64,000 nucleotides of DNA from Yuukianura sp. NJ FZ-2021 (taxonomy: Eukaryota): the NCBI GenBank assembly GCA_046563655.1, contig CM102286.1, forward strand, positions 9,176,001 to 9,240,000, given 5' to 3'. The translations under genes and the position numbers were made by a program. The notes beneath the pieces were generated by a model, which worked only from the letters and a program-made list of their open reading frames with translations, ran no database searches and had not been told where the DNA came from. Shown in pieces: positions 15,301-27,744 of the stretch (the stretch's first letter is position 1; each line of letters opens with the position of its first letter).

Positions 15301-18300
15301 GGTCTTTGTTGGAGTCGGATCGGGTTTGGTGGTTCCCTGACCGCTGTTGGTTCAGGTCAAGAATTGATTCTGGAGAATATTTTATATCAAGAGGCTGGAT
15401 CCTACCGTTGCGTTGCACAGAATCGATTGGGACTGGAGGAACGAAGAGCTCAGACCCGTGATGTCCAAGTAGTCGTGACAGGTGACATGCCCCTTTGTAC
15501 CCACCTTCTTCTGATATCCACTTAAGTCCACGTCACATTCCACTTACGCAACTTCCATTTCAATCCACAACTTATTTTGACAACTTGAATCTGAATCTCG
15601 TTAGACCACTGCCAGGTTCCTGAATTATGCATCTTCAACGTGATCAAAACCCGGAAATTCCTATATTCCACAAAAAAAATTAGTTTGGGTTTAAACTTTT
15701 TTTAAAAAGTTGTTTATGCAAAGAGGTTTCAAAAAACTTCAAAAACCAGAAATTATCAGAAAGGCACAGTTTATGGTCAAATGCCCAATTTTTGAATCAT
15801 AAGCCCAACTTTTTTTGTGTCTTTTTCTCAGTTCACGCCAGTCTTTGTTCTCATACTGCTCCTTTTTTTTCGTTTGTATAGACAGAGTAAGTTTGAAATC
15901 ATGGACATTCAGCTTTCATCTACTGAGCTGATCCATTTAAGTTGTAGTGGAACATGCCAAATATAGGAGTGCCCGCCCTCGGAGTTCCGTTCCGAGAAGG
16001 TTTTTGGCACTTTCCAGGGGGATGTCAATTAAATTTAATGGATTTCCCTTTAATCATGTTAACTGGATTTTACGTTTCTCAGTTAAGGTCGTAGCCTCCC
16101 GAGGAGTCGAGAAGTGAAAGTCGCTTTTCACTTTTCTTTTCACACATTCACATCATTCCCTCGCGTGTCAAAGTTCAACTAAGGAACAGAAAGGGAAGTC
16201 GCTAGAACCTTTCAACTTGAAGCGTAATAAGACTTTTTAGCAAATAGGATTGAGATTGAGCTCTTCTTTATAACCTCCCAACGAAACGGGCCTGTAACGC
16301 TTTCTAAACGCACAAGATAAGGCGGGAACGAGGGAAGTTTGAAGTGAGTTGGAGCTCCTCTCTTGCTCCTTTGTCAAAAATCATTTTGAAGGCCTTCCAC
16401 AGTGACTGAGGGAGAAAGTTAGTGTTAAGAGGCCATAAAGATAGAGGAACAGAAATGGGCTACTAACACCGTAGCAGGTCATAACCGACAATCCAAAAAC
16501 CGACAATCCAATAATCGACAATCAATAATCGACAATTTCAAAAATCGACAATCCCTTAAGCGACAATCCTAAAATCGACAATTTCAAAAATCGACAATTT
16601 CAAAAATCTACAATTCTAAAATCGACAATTCTAAAATCGACAATGTCAAAAATCGACAATCCTAAAACCGACAATTCCAATATTGTTAGAAAACAGAAAG
16701 AAATCTAACGGAAACATTTTACTATCGGCTGCGGTATGTTGTAGGTTGTATTCTCTAAGTCTGGCTAGAGTGACACAATTAGCAGTGCTGATGAAGTGTA
16801 TCGCCTTAGCATGCGGTACCGCGCCGAAGGCGCGGCGATAGGTTTGGTAAAGCAGACAGTAGTGATTACGTCGGTAGGTTTTATTGTCTAGAAATAAGTC
16901 TAGGTTAGGTGGGCTAGGAAATTCTCAAAATTTCAAAAAATCATAACCTTGTTGTCCAGCGAGACTTCACAAATCTGATTACATATTCGTGTTCAGCACC
17001 GCGATAGTGAAATTTTCCGTTAGATTTCTTTTTATTTTCTAGCGAGTTTGGAATTGTCTGTTTTAGGATTGTCGATTTTTGACATTGTCGATTTTAGAAT
17101 TGTCGATTTTAGAATTGTAGATTTTTGAAATTGTCGATTTTTGAAATTGTCGATTTTAGGATTGTCGCTTAAGGGATTGTCGATTTTTGAAATTGTCGAT
17201 TATTGATTGTCGATTATTGGATTGTCGATTTTTGGATTGTCGGTTATGACCTGGAACCACTAACACTATACGGCCTAAAGCTCCCATAGGTCTCGCAAGA
17301 GCGCAGAAAGTAAAAGTAATTTTACGAAGAAAGTTGATTATTACAAAGGAGCAAGATAGACCTATGTAGTTGTAGTTAATTTTCATTAGAGCCGTACACG
17401 ACGCCTCGAGGTGTCCCTACGCCTTTACTGCCAAACTTTGTTCTTGACCGAAATGTTGTTCGTTTCGAGGTCAAACTTACATGTCTAACGAACTGTCTTG
17501 CTTACATCCGGACACTTTTCTTCAGAACCTAACTTAACATGTCGAAAACAGGCTCCTATTCCAAGTCCAAATGCATGTCTCCTGGGAAAATAGAAAAGGA
17601 ATTCATCCTTTTGAAATGACAGAAGGAGGTTGCTGGGGAGCTTATTTTTGACTTTGAAGAGGGAACGTCTATTTTAAGGGCATTAAAATTCTACTCAACA
17701 AAGTCATTAGCACTTGGGAAAATAAACGATGGGGGAAGCATTTGTCATAAACTTTCCAACCGAGTTCATTTGTAGAGTTGTGAGCCTGATCCTATTATGC
17801 CTCTGACATAAAACTGTCGGCGTTAATTTATGATTTCCAGGTCGCCCTGTTGTCTACCCTACGAATCGTACCATAATGGGCTACACTGGACAGCCCTTGT
17901 CACTTTCCGTAGAAATGTGTGCCAATCCACCACCGGACAAGTCCTACTGGGTCTTTGGGAATACGGCACTCAAACCTGGAGGGAGGCATAGAAACAAATA
18001 TGCCGCCAAGAAACTGACGCTAACGGTAAGTGAAAGTTCAGAAGCCAAAAGTCAAAAACTTAAAGCCTCAGATCAATCATCCATTTGAAGGTTCTGTCAA
18101 TATACCATAGGAAAAGTCTGTCAGATTTTTATCAAAGTTTGAAAAATTTGAGACAAAAAGCTGCTGTTACGCTTAAAAGCAAAACGCAATGAGCTATTTT
18201 GCTTAATTTAATTTTGGTGGAAAGGATAATGTCAACTACGTTCTAATTTCAGATTCAAAACTTCTAAGGAGAAACCCCAAAATGTGATTTTTGTAGTTGA

Positions 18301-21300
18301 AATTGAAGGAATTCCATTTTGAATATGCAATTTTAAATTTCGAGTCAATGGAGTGTGAAACTGGAAATACTTTTTGGTGGTTTTTCAAATTGAATGAAGC
18401 ACAAATCTGTTAGCTCTGATCCCCATTACACACATGAACAAATACTTATCACACAGAAGTGGATAAGTGTATGTGAGAAATGCGAAGAGATGCACCTTGT
18501 CGCCTTCCCAGACAATCTTCCCAGAGGAGTGAATGGATATGAAGCCATTTTTCATGTTGCCTTACTTTTAAAAATGTATTAAGGGCATACCTTACCCTGG
18601 AACTGAAGGGATGTGGAAGAAAACTATTAAGGCAGAAGCAAATAATGCACGGAATATGATTTATGGCTACAAAGGAACCTTGGAAAGTGAAATAGGGCCT
18701 TTTCAGCTACTCTTCGCGTCTTACACTTACACTTTCTCAAGGAAAGGAAGATGAAAGCATCAATATGAACAAATGCAGGGTTTCCTTTTCCCAATTTCCA
18801 GGGACACTCAGTGTATGCTTTGGGCTGGAATTTTGAAATGGGAAATGGAGCAATAAGTGCGGAAAAGAGCCGTTAGGGTAGCCTTATTAGGGAAATTTAA
18901 TAAAAATTCAAATTGTTGTTTCTATTAAGGGGAAGCGTATTCTTCAAAGGGCTCGGGAGTACTTTGTACAGGGTGAAATAAAACTTACAAACACTTGGTG
19001 TAGTTTGTGGTGGTGCAGTGGATGATGATATTCAATATCCATGTTCTCATATTAAGATGCTAAAATATGCTGCTGAAGCAGGGTTTTAACGTAGTGACAG
19101 TCCTGTGAAAACTGCCAGATGATATGCTGAGTAAGGGAAACAAAAAGGATTTGCTTTCATGCAAAAAATATTTTTTGAACAAGGGGCTAGAATATGTTTT
19201 AAAAATCGGCTGCCTTTTGAGTTTTTATTTTTGGATTAGCAAACAAAGGAGATTTTTAAACTGATCCGAATTTTTTTTCAAACAGTAATTACTAATTTTT
19301 TGAATTTATTGCCAGAAGTTATTTGCTAAACTAGCGTAAAAAGTAAGTAACTCAAAAGCTAGCATTCTGCATTAAAATTGCAGAAACTTTTTATCAACGT
19401 GCTTGAAAGCCAATTTGTCACGGACAAAATTTTTCAAAGAAAGTTTCTGGAATTTTGAAAATTACGAATTGGTTTATGGAATGATACTTATTACAAATGG
19501 GAGACACTTCTTCACCAAACTCAAAGATAAAATCGAACCACGAATTTTCCTGCAACGGCTACTGAATTCTTAATGTCTCGCTCGATCCCCCGGGAAAATT
19601 TCAAAAGTCAAGAAGTGCTCTAGTTTGCAAAAAAAAAGTTTCACTGGACTCCAAAGGCTTTGTTCAAAATTTCCTAATTTTAAAGTTCCATGGAGAACCG
19701 TAATTAGTCGAGTATTTCAATCCCCTCCAGGAAGACTTAGGCATGCCATTGGTAGAGAAAGCCAAAGTTGTGAAAACTTTCCTGTTTAATTCATTCCTTG
19801 GAGTCATCAAACGCCAAGAATAGAAAGTCAGGTGAAAGAAGTCGTGTAAATGGAATGTGCTAAATTCAGAAGATAGAAAAGACAATAAGTTGGTTACTTT
19901 CGTGGAAAGATGCAAAGTAGGACGGAATTAAGCTGACGAAGACTACTGTGACTGTGACTGTGGTCTTACTTGGATCAATTCTTCCTACCAAAAGACGATG
20001 TGGCCGGAAGCTTTTGGTTTAAAAACCTACTTTAGAGGAAAGCGTCACATTAGGCTTTCGTTGGAGCTTTTCATTTTGCTTCTAGCGATGGAAGAAGAAA
20101 GCTTCTGGAAGCTGCTCAGTAGTATTTAGGCCTTTCGATTACACGAAGACAGACGCATAGTTACTTCCTCCTGGGGCAAAAATAGAAAGCAAAGGAAGAA
20201 AGATGAGTTTTGTCTAAAAGCTTATTTTTGAGTACAGTAGGATCTGGAGAAAGGAATTGTACAACTGAAAGTCTAAATTTCTATTCCCACTCGACTATTT
20301 CCATTTATTCGTGTATTTCCCAGTGTATCGAGGATCTTTTGCAAAAGTTAAACTAAAATGCCTTTCCTTTCTATATCTTTTTCCAAGAAAATACTAAAAC
20401 CTAAAAGCGGATTCCTTTCCTCTCATTACACGAAGTACTCATACAACCTAACACAATATCTGAAAGTAGGACTTTCACTAACTGAAGCCCATTGAAAGAT
20501 TAGACTCCAAAATGGAACAAATTTAATTAGAACAAAAAGTCTCTCTTAGCTGCAGCACTCCAAGCACTTTCTCAGCTTCTACGCTTTTTGAAAAAGGAGA
20601 GCAATGACGGAAGCCACACCGACACATTTGACTTACTTCTACTTACACTAAGTTAGGTTCTTCGTACTTTGAAGTGAGAATTGTCATGGGAACGCATGGA
20701 TTCGGACGTGTCCAGGAGCAAAGTCAGGAGTCTGGACCCTCCTTTTTGCTGTATGCACAAAAGTGCCAAAAAGTAAATCCATTTTGTGCACATGTTAATG
20801 ATACCCTACCATGCACCATATTCATTTGCGATTTTTCAGTTGACTTGGATTGGAGAAAGTTTTGATTTAAACGGTGCGTGAAAGCGGCAATTATAAAAAT
20901 ATATTTTCAGCGATTGGCTTATGGGTTCACTGGGGTTAGGTGCAGTTGAAGTGCGACTGGAACTGACTTGTGCTAAATTACGGGGTCCAACAGCATGATT
21001 AAATTTAAATCAATGTTCTAATCCGCCCACTGACGTTTCTAATGACTATTGAGCTCTGCACAGCACCAAACAATTGAATGGTACTTTTTAAACAAGCAGG
21101 GCTTCTATAAAATGCATATGCAGAGCAACGTCAATGCAAATTCTTCCTAATTATAACCTCCTGTGGCTCCCTGCAAGCACAAACACAAGCTCCTAAATTG
21201 TAATGACTAAGCGCACACGTTACAACTTTCACTTGTGGGCTTTCACTTTCCACCAAAACTTTTCAAAATTTCTATTCCCGCGGAAGCCCTAAACAAGGAT

Positions 21301-24300
21301 CCTGTTATAACGTTAAAGCAGAATGCGGGAGATTATAAAAGGACTTTTAGAGTAAATGAAAGTACCACATAATCTTGGGGTGGGGAATCACTCAGGAAAT
21401 TAGTTATGGAATGAAGTGGAAGTGGAACTTTTGGTTGAGGTTCAAAACTACCACAATGGCACTTCCATGTAAATTCAAAATTAGGATTCACTTGTACTGG
21501 TAAGCTTTGTACGTATACTTGTGGGGTAGCAAAAGACACTCCAGAATAATCAAGTTCCCTTGACTTGTTAAAGTTAATCAATCTAATGACTAATGAATAC
21601 GAAACCCTCTCGATGCTTCTTCTGGAAGGTTAGGTTTATGCTGGTATAAGTTGGGTAAGACTTTCTGGATAGGAAATGATGAGGGAGAGTTCGAAGTGTG
21701 GATTTGTGAAGAAGAGAAAGTGGAAATAGAAAGGTGCTTCACAATCCTGTCAATCCATCATTGTCATCCGCCCGCATTTTGGCTTTCGGCGGGAAAGTTG
21801 AGCCTCGAAGCATTACTTTTTAAAATTTCCTGCTTCATTCTCCTCTCATTTTGATTCTGCTCGAGTTCATTGTCTCAAGTAATTAATCTGTCTGCATTCT
21901 CAAAATCCAATGAGAAGTCAAGGAGTTGAAGATTCCTAAGAGGAAGATTCTTTATAGTGTACAGCATCGTTCAAGAATTCCATTTTAATGGTTCACTTTA
22001 AATTTTTAGTGGAAGTATTTTTTTCAGTCTCGCTAGGAATTTCTTGAAAAAGAAGATTAGAATTTGAAAATCAAAAGCTCTGTAGTGTTAAATCAGATTA
22101 GCCCAGCCCAAAGTCATCTAGACCATGAGACTTAGATCTTTGAAGCTTTTGTCAAAGATTTTAAAAAGTCAGACCCAATTCCAGGAACGAGCGTGGATGG
22201 ATCATCGTGTACTTTTCCAAGAACCAAATGAGTTCCAGCGGGAGTTGAGTTCTAATTAATGTAATTAATGAGACTAAAGGTAACTGGAGAGTGTTGCAAA
22301 GGAGGAATCCTTGTAAAGTCAAAGTGTTTCCAAAGAAACTGTCTCTGTTCATTAACCTCGACTGCTAGAAGAGACGAGAGTTTTGGGCAGGTTTGGATCT
22401 TTAGTACAAGAGAGATCGACGCACGTATTTTCGAGACGACTAACAATTTGGAAGTAACGCGATTTTGATCTTTCCCTCCTCATTTCCATTTCCTTCTCTA
22501 GCGTTCACCCTAGGCTTCCCCTACGTTAGAGTTGAGTAAGACCAAAAAGGAACCTCTTGCTTTCCCTGTGGAGAAACTGAAAGCAATAATTCTTAATGCG
22601 TTGGTTACAATTAAGGAACCTTTTTGTCAGAAATAAATTACTTTTGTATAGATAACGTTTGGGCGGACTCCTACTACGACTACGAGCAAAAGCTTTGTTC
22701 AGAAAATCACATTCTATACAGTACTATGCTATACACGAAATAGTCAAAGTCATTTTCATTCAGACTAATCTGAGCGACTTTTAATTTTCAAAGCTCTTTT
22801 CACTTTGAAGTTCAGACTTAAAGGAAAATCTAGCATTGATTCCGTTTGAGATAAGGAAAATCAATAGATGTGATCTCAGAAAAACAACGGACTATGGGAC
22901 CTTTATGTGCAATGTAGACAAATTTTGACTTCGCCGCCCTAGTTTTCAATTGGAAAAAAAAAGTTCTGGAAGTATGGGATTCAAACGAGTTCTAAAACTA
23001 AACTAGCAACTGTCAGTCATGATCAGTTTCAATTACTCGAAGGCCCTTTGTTATAGTTTTTCGCTTCATTACGCAACGAAGAACAAAGGCATGGTGTCAC
23101 CATTGCAGAAATGTACACAGCGTCCCAAATTTTTTTCAAAAGAAAAGTAAAACAAACGACATCACAAGAGTGGCTATGGTTCTGCCAAAACTGGAACAAT
23201 GCGAGTTTTAGGATACTTACAGTTGACAGGGATTAGAAAGAAGGAATGTCATAGGAGGAGGACACTTTCATCGCAGTCTGACAAACGACTTAAACTTAAT
23301 TCCCTACGCATGCCTCTCTTCACTTTGATTCACTCTGAGGCATTTTATTAAAATGGACAAAGGAATGCGGAAACTGCGCTTCAAGTGACACACGAGTACA
23401 ATAGAAATGTGCTACATGATACCGGAAACCATGCTTGAAAAACATTGCCTTTTGTAGAGGTTTCTCTAGCTTTGTTCCGAGTGCACTACAACATAGTTAA
23501 GTTGAAGCTTGGCTGAAACCCTATATGCAATCAAAGTTACATAAGTTGTTATGTAACTTTCTTTGGAAGAAGAATTTTTCTGGTATTTTGTTCAATGTGC
23601 TGCCACGTGGAAAGTTAGTTACCTGATCAAAGAGAAGTGAAAGCACGCCAAAGAAGAAGAGATTTCATGCTCGAAAGTGTAGCAAAGAAAGGGAAGTAAA
23701 ACTAACAAAGACTTTCTTTATTCTGCTGAACTTTTTTTATTGTTTCAAAACGAGAGAGCGAACAATTTTTGTGGTCTCTTGAAATTGAGTGTAATTTTTT
23801 CAACTGGCAGTTTCTGCCAAAAATGCTGGCTTTGTCATTTTCAAGTCTTAGAAAGTGCTCTCGGACTTTTCAGATTTTTAGTACCGATTTATTATGTGCA
23901 ATAAATTAGGTAAACGCCAATGAGTTAACATTAGCTATTCGATACAGTAGCTCATAGGTTTCGGTTAAAAAAATGACAGCGCCGTTGATCGCATTTGATT
24001 TTTGGGGTTTGCAATACGTTTCCTCAAATAGAAAACCAGCCCATGCTTTTGGGGTTTGGTGCCTTACTATATTTAGTATTTATTTCATTCATGTTACTGA
24101 ATTCCTCAAAATACAGATAGTATATGTTTAATTAATATTAAATCGTAGTAAATTTTTATAAATAATGGAATAATTCATAAATAGAGCAATGTAATTTGAC
24201 AATGTAGACCAATGCGTGTTTGTGATTGGCGGCAGGTTCGAGATTGTTTTTTGAAAGTCTAGGATTCTTGTTGGCCAAATTGCTCCCTTTGTCACGGACT

Positions 24301-26549
24301 GCTCTGCGGAAAAGCTTTTGAACTTTTACTTTGATTCAAATTTGAAGAACTTCCTTTTCACGGTCTCCACATTGTAAAATAAAATAAAGTACTGAAGGAG
24401 TTTTACCAACTTGAAGTTGACGAAGGAGTTCTTTGTGTGAGACATGAATTTGAAAGGTTGAAATATTCATTCATCTGAATTGGCACTGTGAGAACTTTTG
24501 AACAAGTTATGATTACGGTTGAAGTTTTTTTTTTCAATTTCAAATATAAAACAATTGGTTAATAAAAGCCGGAGGATGTGGACAAGCTTCAAACTTTTTT
24601 TACGCCAGAACTCCTAACCCAAACTTTATTACAGAACGCGCTTCGTCTCTCACCCACGAAACTTTGTTTCATTATAAAACCATACAATTTCAGACTAAAA
24701 ATTCAAAAAATTTAATATAATTTTGTGCTTGATTCTAGGGGAAAAATTTCAAGTTTTTTCCAACTATTATCAAACAAAAATTCATTTTCCCACTTTCTCC
24801 TTGGGGTCATAAACTGTGAAATTCTTGAATTCGTTTTTTTGCCACTCGTAAAAGACAGATTTCTTTTTTTTTAATTCTCACAGTGACGAGCTACATATCC
24901 ACTTTTAAAATTTTAAATTATGTATAACTTAGCTTGATATTTAAAGAAATTATTTTCATAACGTAATACTTTATACTTTCTCAATAGTACGACAGAAAAT
25001 GCCGCCTCTTTTTATGGATTCAGAAACAAAAGCAGTATGACAAATTAGACATTGTTCGGTAGAGATAAATTTTTAGCGGCTTTTTACCGCAAAGTCAGTC
25101 TGCAGGCATGAAAAAATTTAAATTCTCCAAAATACTAAAGAGTTTTTTTTTCTAGCGCTACTCTATTACAACATGAAATTGCACAATTTTAACAAAGAAA
25201 TTCGTGTTCAACTTATAACAAAAATTGGTTTCTGTATACAGAAATAACCGGTGCACTGGGCTAGGTTTTGTATAGTTTGTTACTATTGATTAGTTTATTT
25301 CCAAACCTTAAATTAATTAGGAGGTCCCAACCAATCAAAAACTATAACCCAAATTGCTTGGAAAGTTTTTATCAGCACAAAAAGGTAACCTTCAGCAAAG
25401 GAAGTGCCTCCTAAATTTGCAATATAGCAAACGTTGCAAACAACTTCCAGACAAAATTGGAAGAAACAGCAAATGCTTTGACAAAGGATTAATAGAATTG
25501 GGTTTTACTGAATAGCAAAACATTTGACATTTCTTTTGTTGTTGGGAAATTAATAACAGTGCCAGCAGTACTCGAGTTGACGAGAGATTAAAATATTTTT
25601 GTTTCTGTTGAATTTATTAAAGAAACTGCTGAAGACATAGTCCCTTGTGTCCCTTAAAGTCCATTAATCAATTCTTTTAACGCTTCACTGTGACACTGAC
25701 TTACGACTGAAAGGGGCAGGGTTAGAGCTCTAAGGCCCCTTCCCCTTGAGTAAACACTGGACACGAACTGTGCTACAAAGCTTACAAGAGACACTTTATC
25801 ATGGCATCCTAAATAATAATGTTTACCGCTTCACGGCACTTCATAAAAATGAACCCTCAAAACCCCCACCAAAAATATTAAGGACAGTTGAATGTAGTGT
25901 TCTGCTATGCGTGACCCGATTCTGAGGACTCCTCAACACAATTACACTTAACATTATTTTTGCACGATTAAACTCGAGCTTGCTATGAGCTTAGGAACAG
26001 TGTTGTAAACAAGTAGACATGTTCGTCAAAGACAAAGTAGAACGCTCTGCGTGGACAAATTTCCATGATTGCATGTGCGATACGTATTAATGAATAAGTT
26101 ATTCAATCCCAATTTGGAGTACCGCGTTGCTCATATTGTAGTTGAGCTATTGACCTGTCGAGCTTTCGGGGAATATTACTATGGTAGTGCTTTTCTAAAA
26201 GTATGTTTTTATTTCCCAGAGTCCGGATTCACCAAACTGCTACTTGGCAGTACTTAGCATCCAGAATCTGTCTTCGGAAGACGGTGGAGAGTACATGTTT
26301 GTAGCCCGAAATAGCAAAGGGATTCATGAGGGTACGATACTGCTAAATATCACGCAAGCCAGTTACTCCGTGTCCAGTATTTCCACGGCCACTTCCACGT
26401 CGTCCAGAGCTTACAGTGGTCGCTTCTCCTCCTACTCCCGCATCATTACGGCCCATTGCCTCACGCTCATCCTCCTGTTCATCATCAGTCCACTGGCCAT
26501 GGCATGTCCAGCACAGCAGCATCCCCAGGCATCAGCATCGCCGTTATGA
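3361..26549 (+). CDS. Immunoglobulin-superfamily cell-surface/adhesion protein with 5 Ig domains (Kirrel/nephrin/Fasciclin-3-like), 5'-partial, ~658 aa in window
   Basis: Nine exons joined by phase-compatible GT-AG introns: 3361-3867, 4654-5055, 9759-9881, 13469-13559, 13844-13902, 14909-14992, 15287-15481, 17841-18025, 26220-26549 (TGA). Ig1 LKC..ITW..DNGIWQC; Ig2 IQCVVEGGNPPPKITW..VVC; Ig3 LKCDIDANP..W..GWYKC; Ig4 LKCEADGRPSP..W..AGSYRC; Ig5 MCANPPP..YW..DGGEYMF. These are followed by a Ser/Thr-rich linker and the hydrophobic stretch IITAHCLTLILLFIISPLAMAC. The start/signal-peptide exon was not identified. The subfamily assignment is inference. Confidence 0.88.
16470..17258. mobile_element. 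Non-autonomous foldback/MITE DNA transposon (789 bp) in an intron of the Ig gene
   Basis: ~240-bp inverted arms (caggtcataaccgacaatcc... / ...ggattgtcggttatgacctg) built from ~15-16-bp tandem subrepeats (aaaatcgacaatt). Perfect 8-bp flanking direct repeat ACTAACAC at 16462-16469 and 17259-17266. No transposase ORF. Confidence 0.9.
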
Positions 26550-27744
26550 CTTTCTCCCAGAGTCCTAACCTAACATTTCCCTTCTGCATCACTGCCACCA
26601 CTACTTCTTGTGCGAATCAACTCTCCCTTCCTCAAGGACAACTTCAACAGGCCCCACCACATGGAAGGAAAACAAACCAAATCGATTTTTGTTAATCTAA
26701 TGAAAGAATAACACTAAAAGGAGAAAAACTCCAGTGGAATTTATATTCAATACGGAAACAAGGCACTGTAGGAGCTCATCAAATGAAAAGTGATTGTTTG
26801 TGGATGAAAACTTAATCCTAGTGTTAAACATTATGGTTACACATAATGTTACGAAGGTTTCACTTTCGGTCTTAACTTGAAACATTGTCACGAAGGAAAA
26901 ACGATTACGTATTCTTAAAATACGTTACAATTAAAAATTTATGAAGATGAACCTATCGGTTTCCAAATTCAAGCCAACAAATAAAATGAACTTCTTTTCC
27001 AAAAGTATTCTACAAATGCTTTTAGACAAGTATGCGTCCTTCGACAGTCGCCACATCGAGTACGGCAAAGGTGACAGTATTTCTGTTTTGTATACATAAC
27101 ACACGCAACCTGAGTGGAAATTGGGTAAAGGGCAGTGGAGCATCATCGACATTAGAAGTAAGTCAAAGCCAAATTAAGTATGTTACACAATATTATCCTG
27201 TACGCATTAAATCCGCAGCTACATTATCAAACCATTGGTAAGTATTTATTATTTTATGGTCAATAATTGACAATAAATTATATATTCAATTTAGGCTTGG
27301 ATTCTAATCGTTTGCGCAAACAATGCGAGTTTTAGCAACTTCAAATCAAAAAAATGGCGGAAAGAAAGAAAAGACCGCTTGTTTGAACACCTTAACATTA
27401 AAAATGTTGAAAATGACTTTTTTCAGATGTTGTTTAGTTTATTATAAAAATTTGAATCTCAATTCCAATTTCAACTTGCTTTGCAAAACGCTTATGAAAA
27501 TACTGAAAGCGCTGAAAAGTCTTTGAAACTGGAACACGAATTATCATGGTATCCAATAATCGCAACAATACCCTGAATTGGATATTCAACGAAAGAAATC
27601 TTTGTGGACCTTTGATTCATTGGGATTCAAATGGAAGCATCTGCCTCATACAAAAACGGGATGGAAGTATTGTGGCATTGTTTCAAACGAAATATAAAGG
27701 AAAAAATTTATTGAAAGTATTTTTTGTGGAGAAATTTTTGTGAC

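Noticed and set aside
17156..17386. ORF with NRQS repeats
   Set aside because: It reads through the subrepeats of the foldback element arm.
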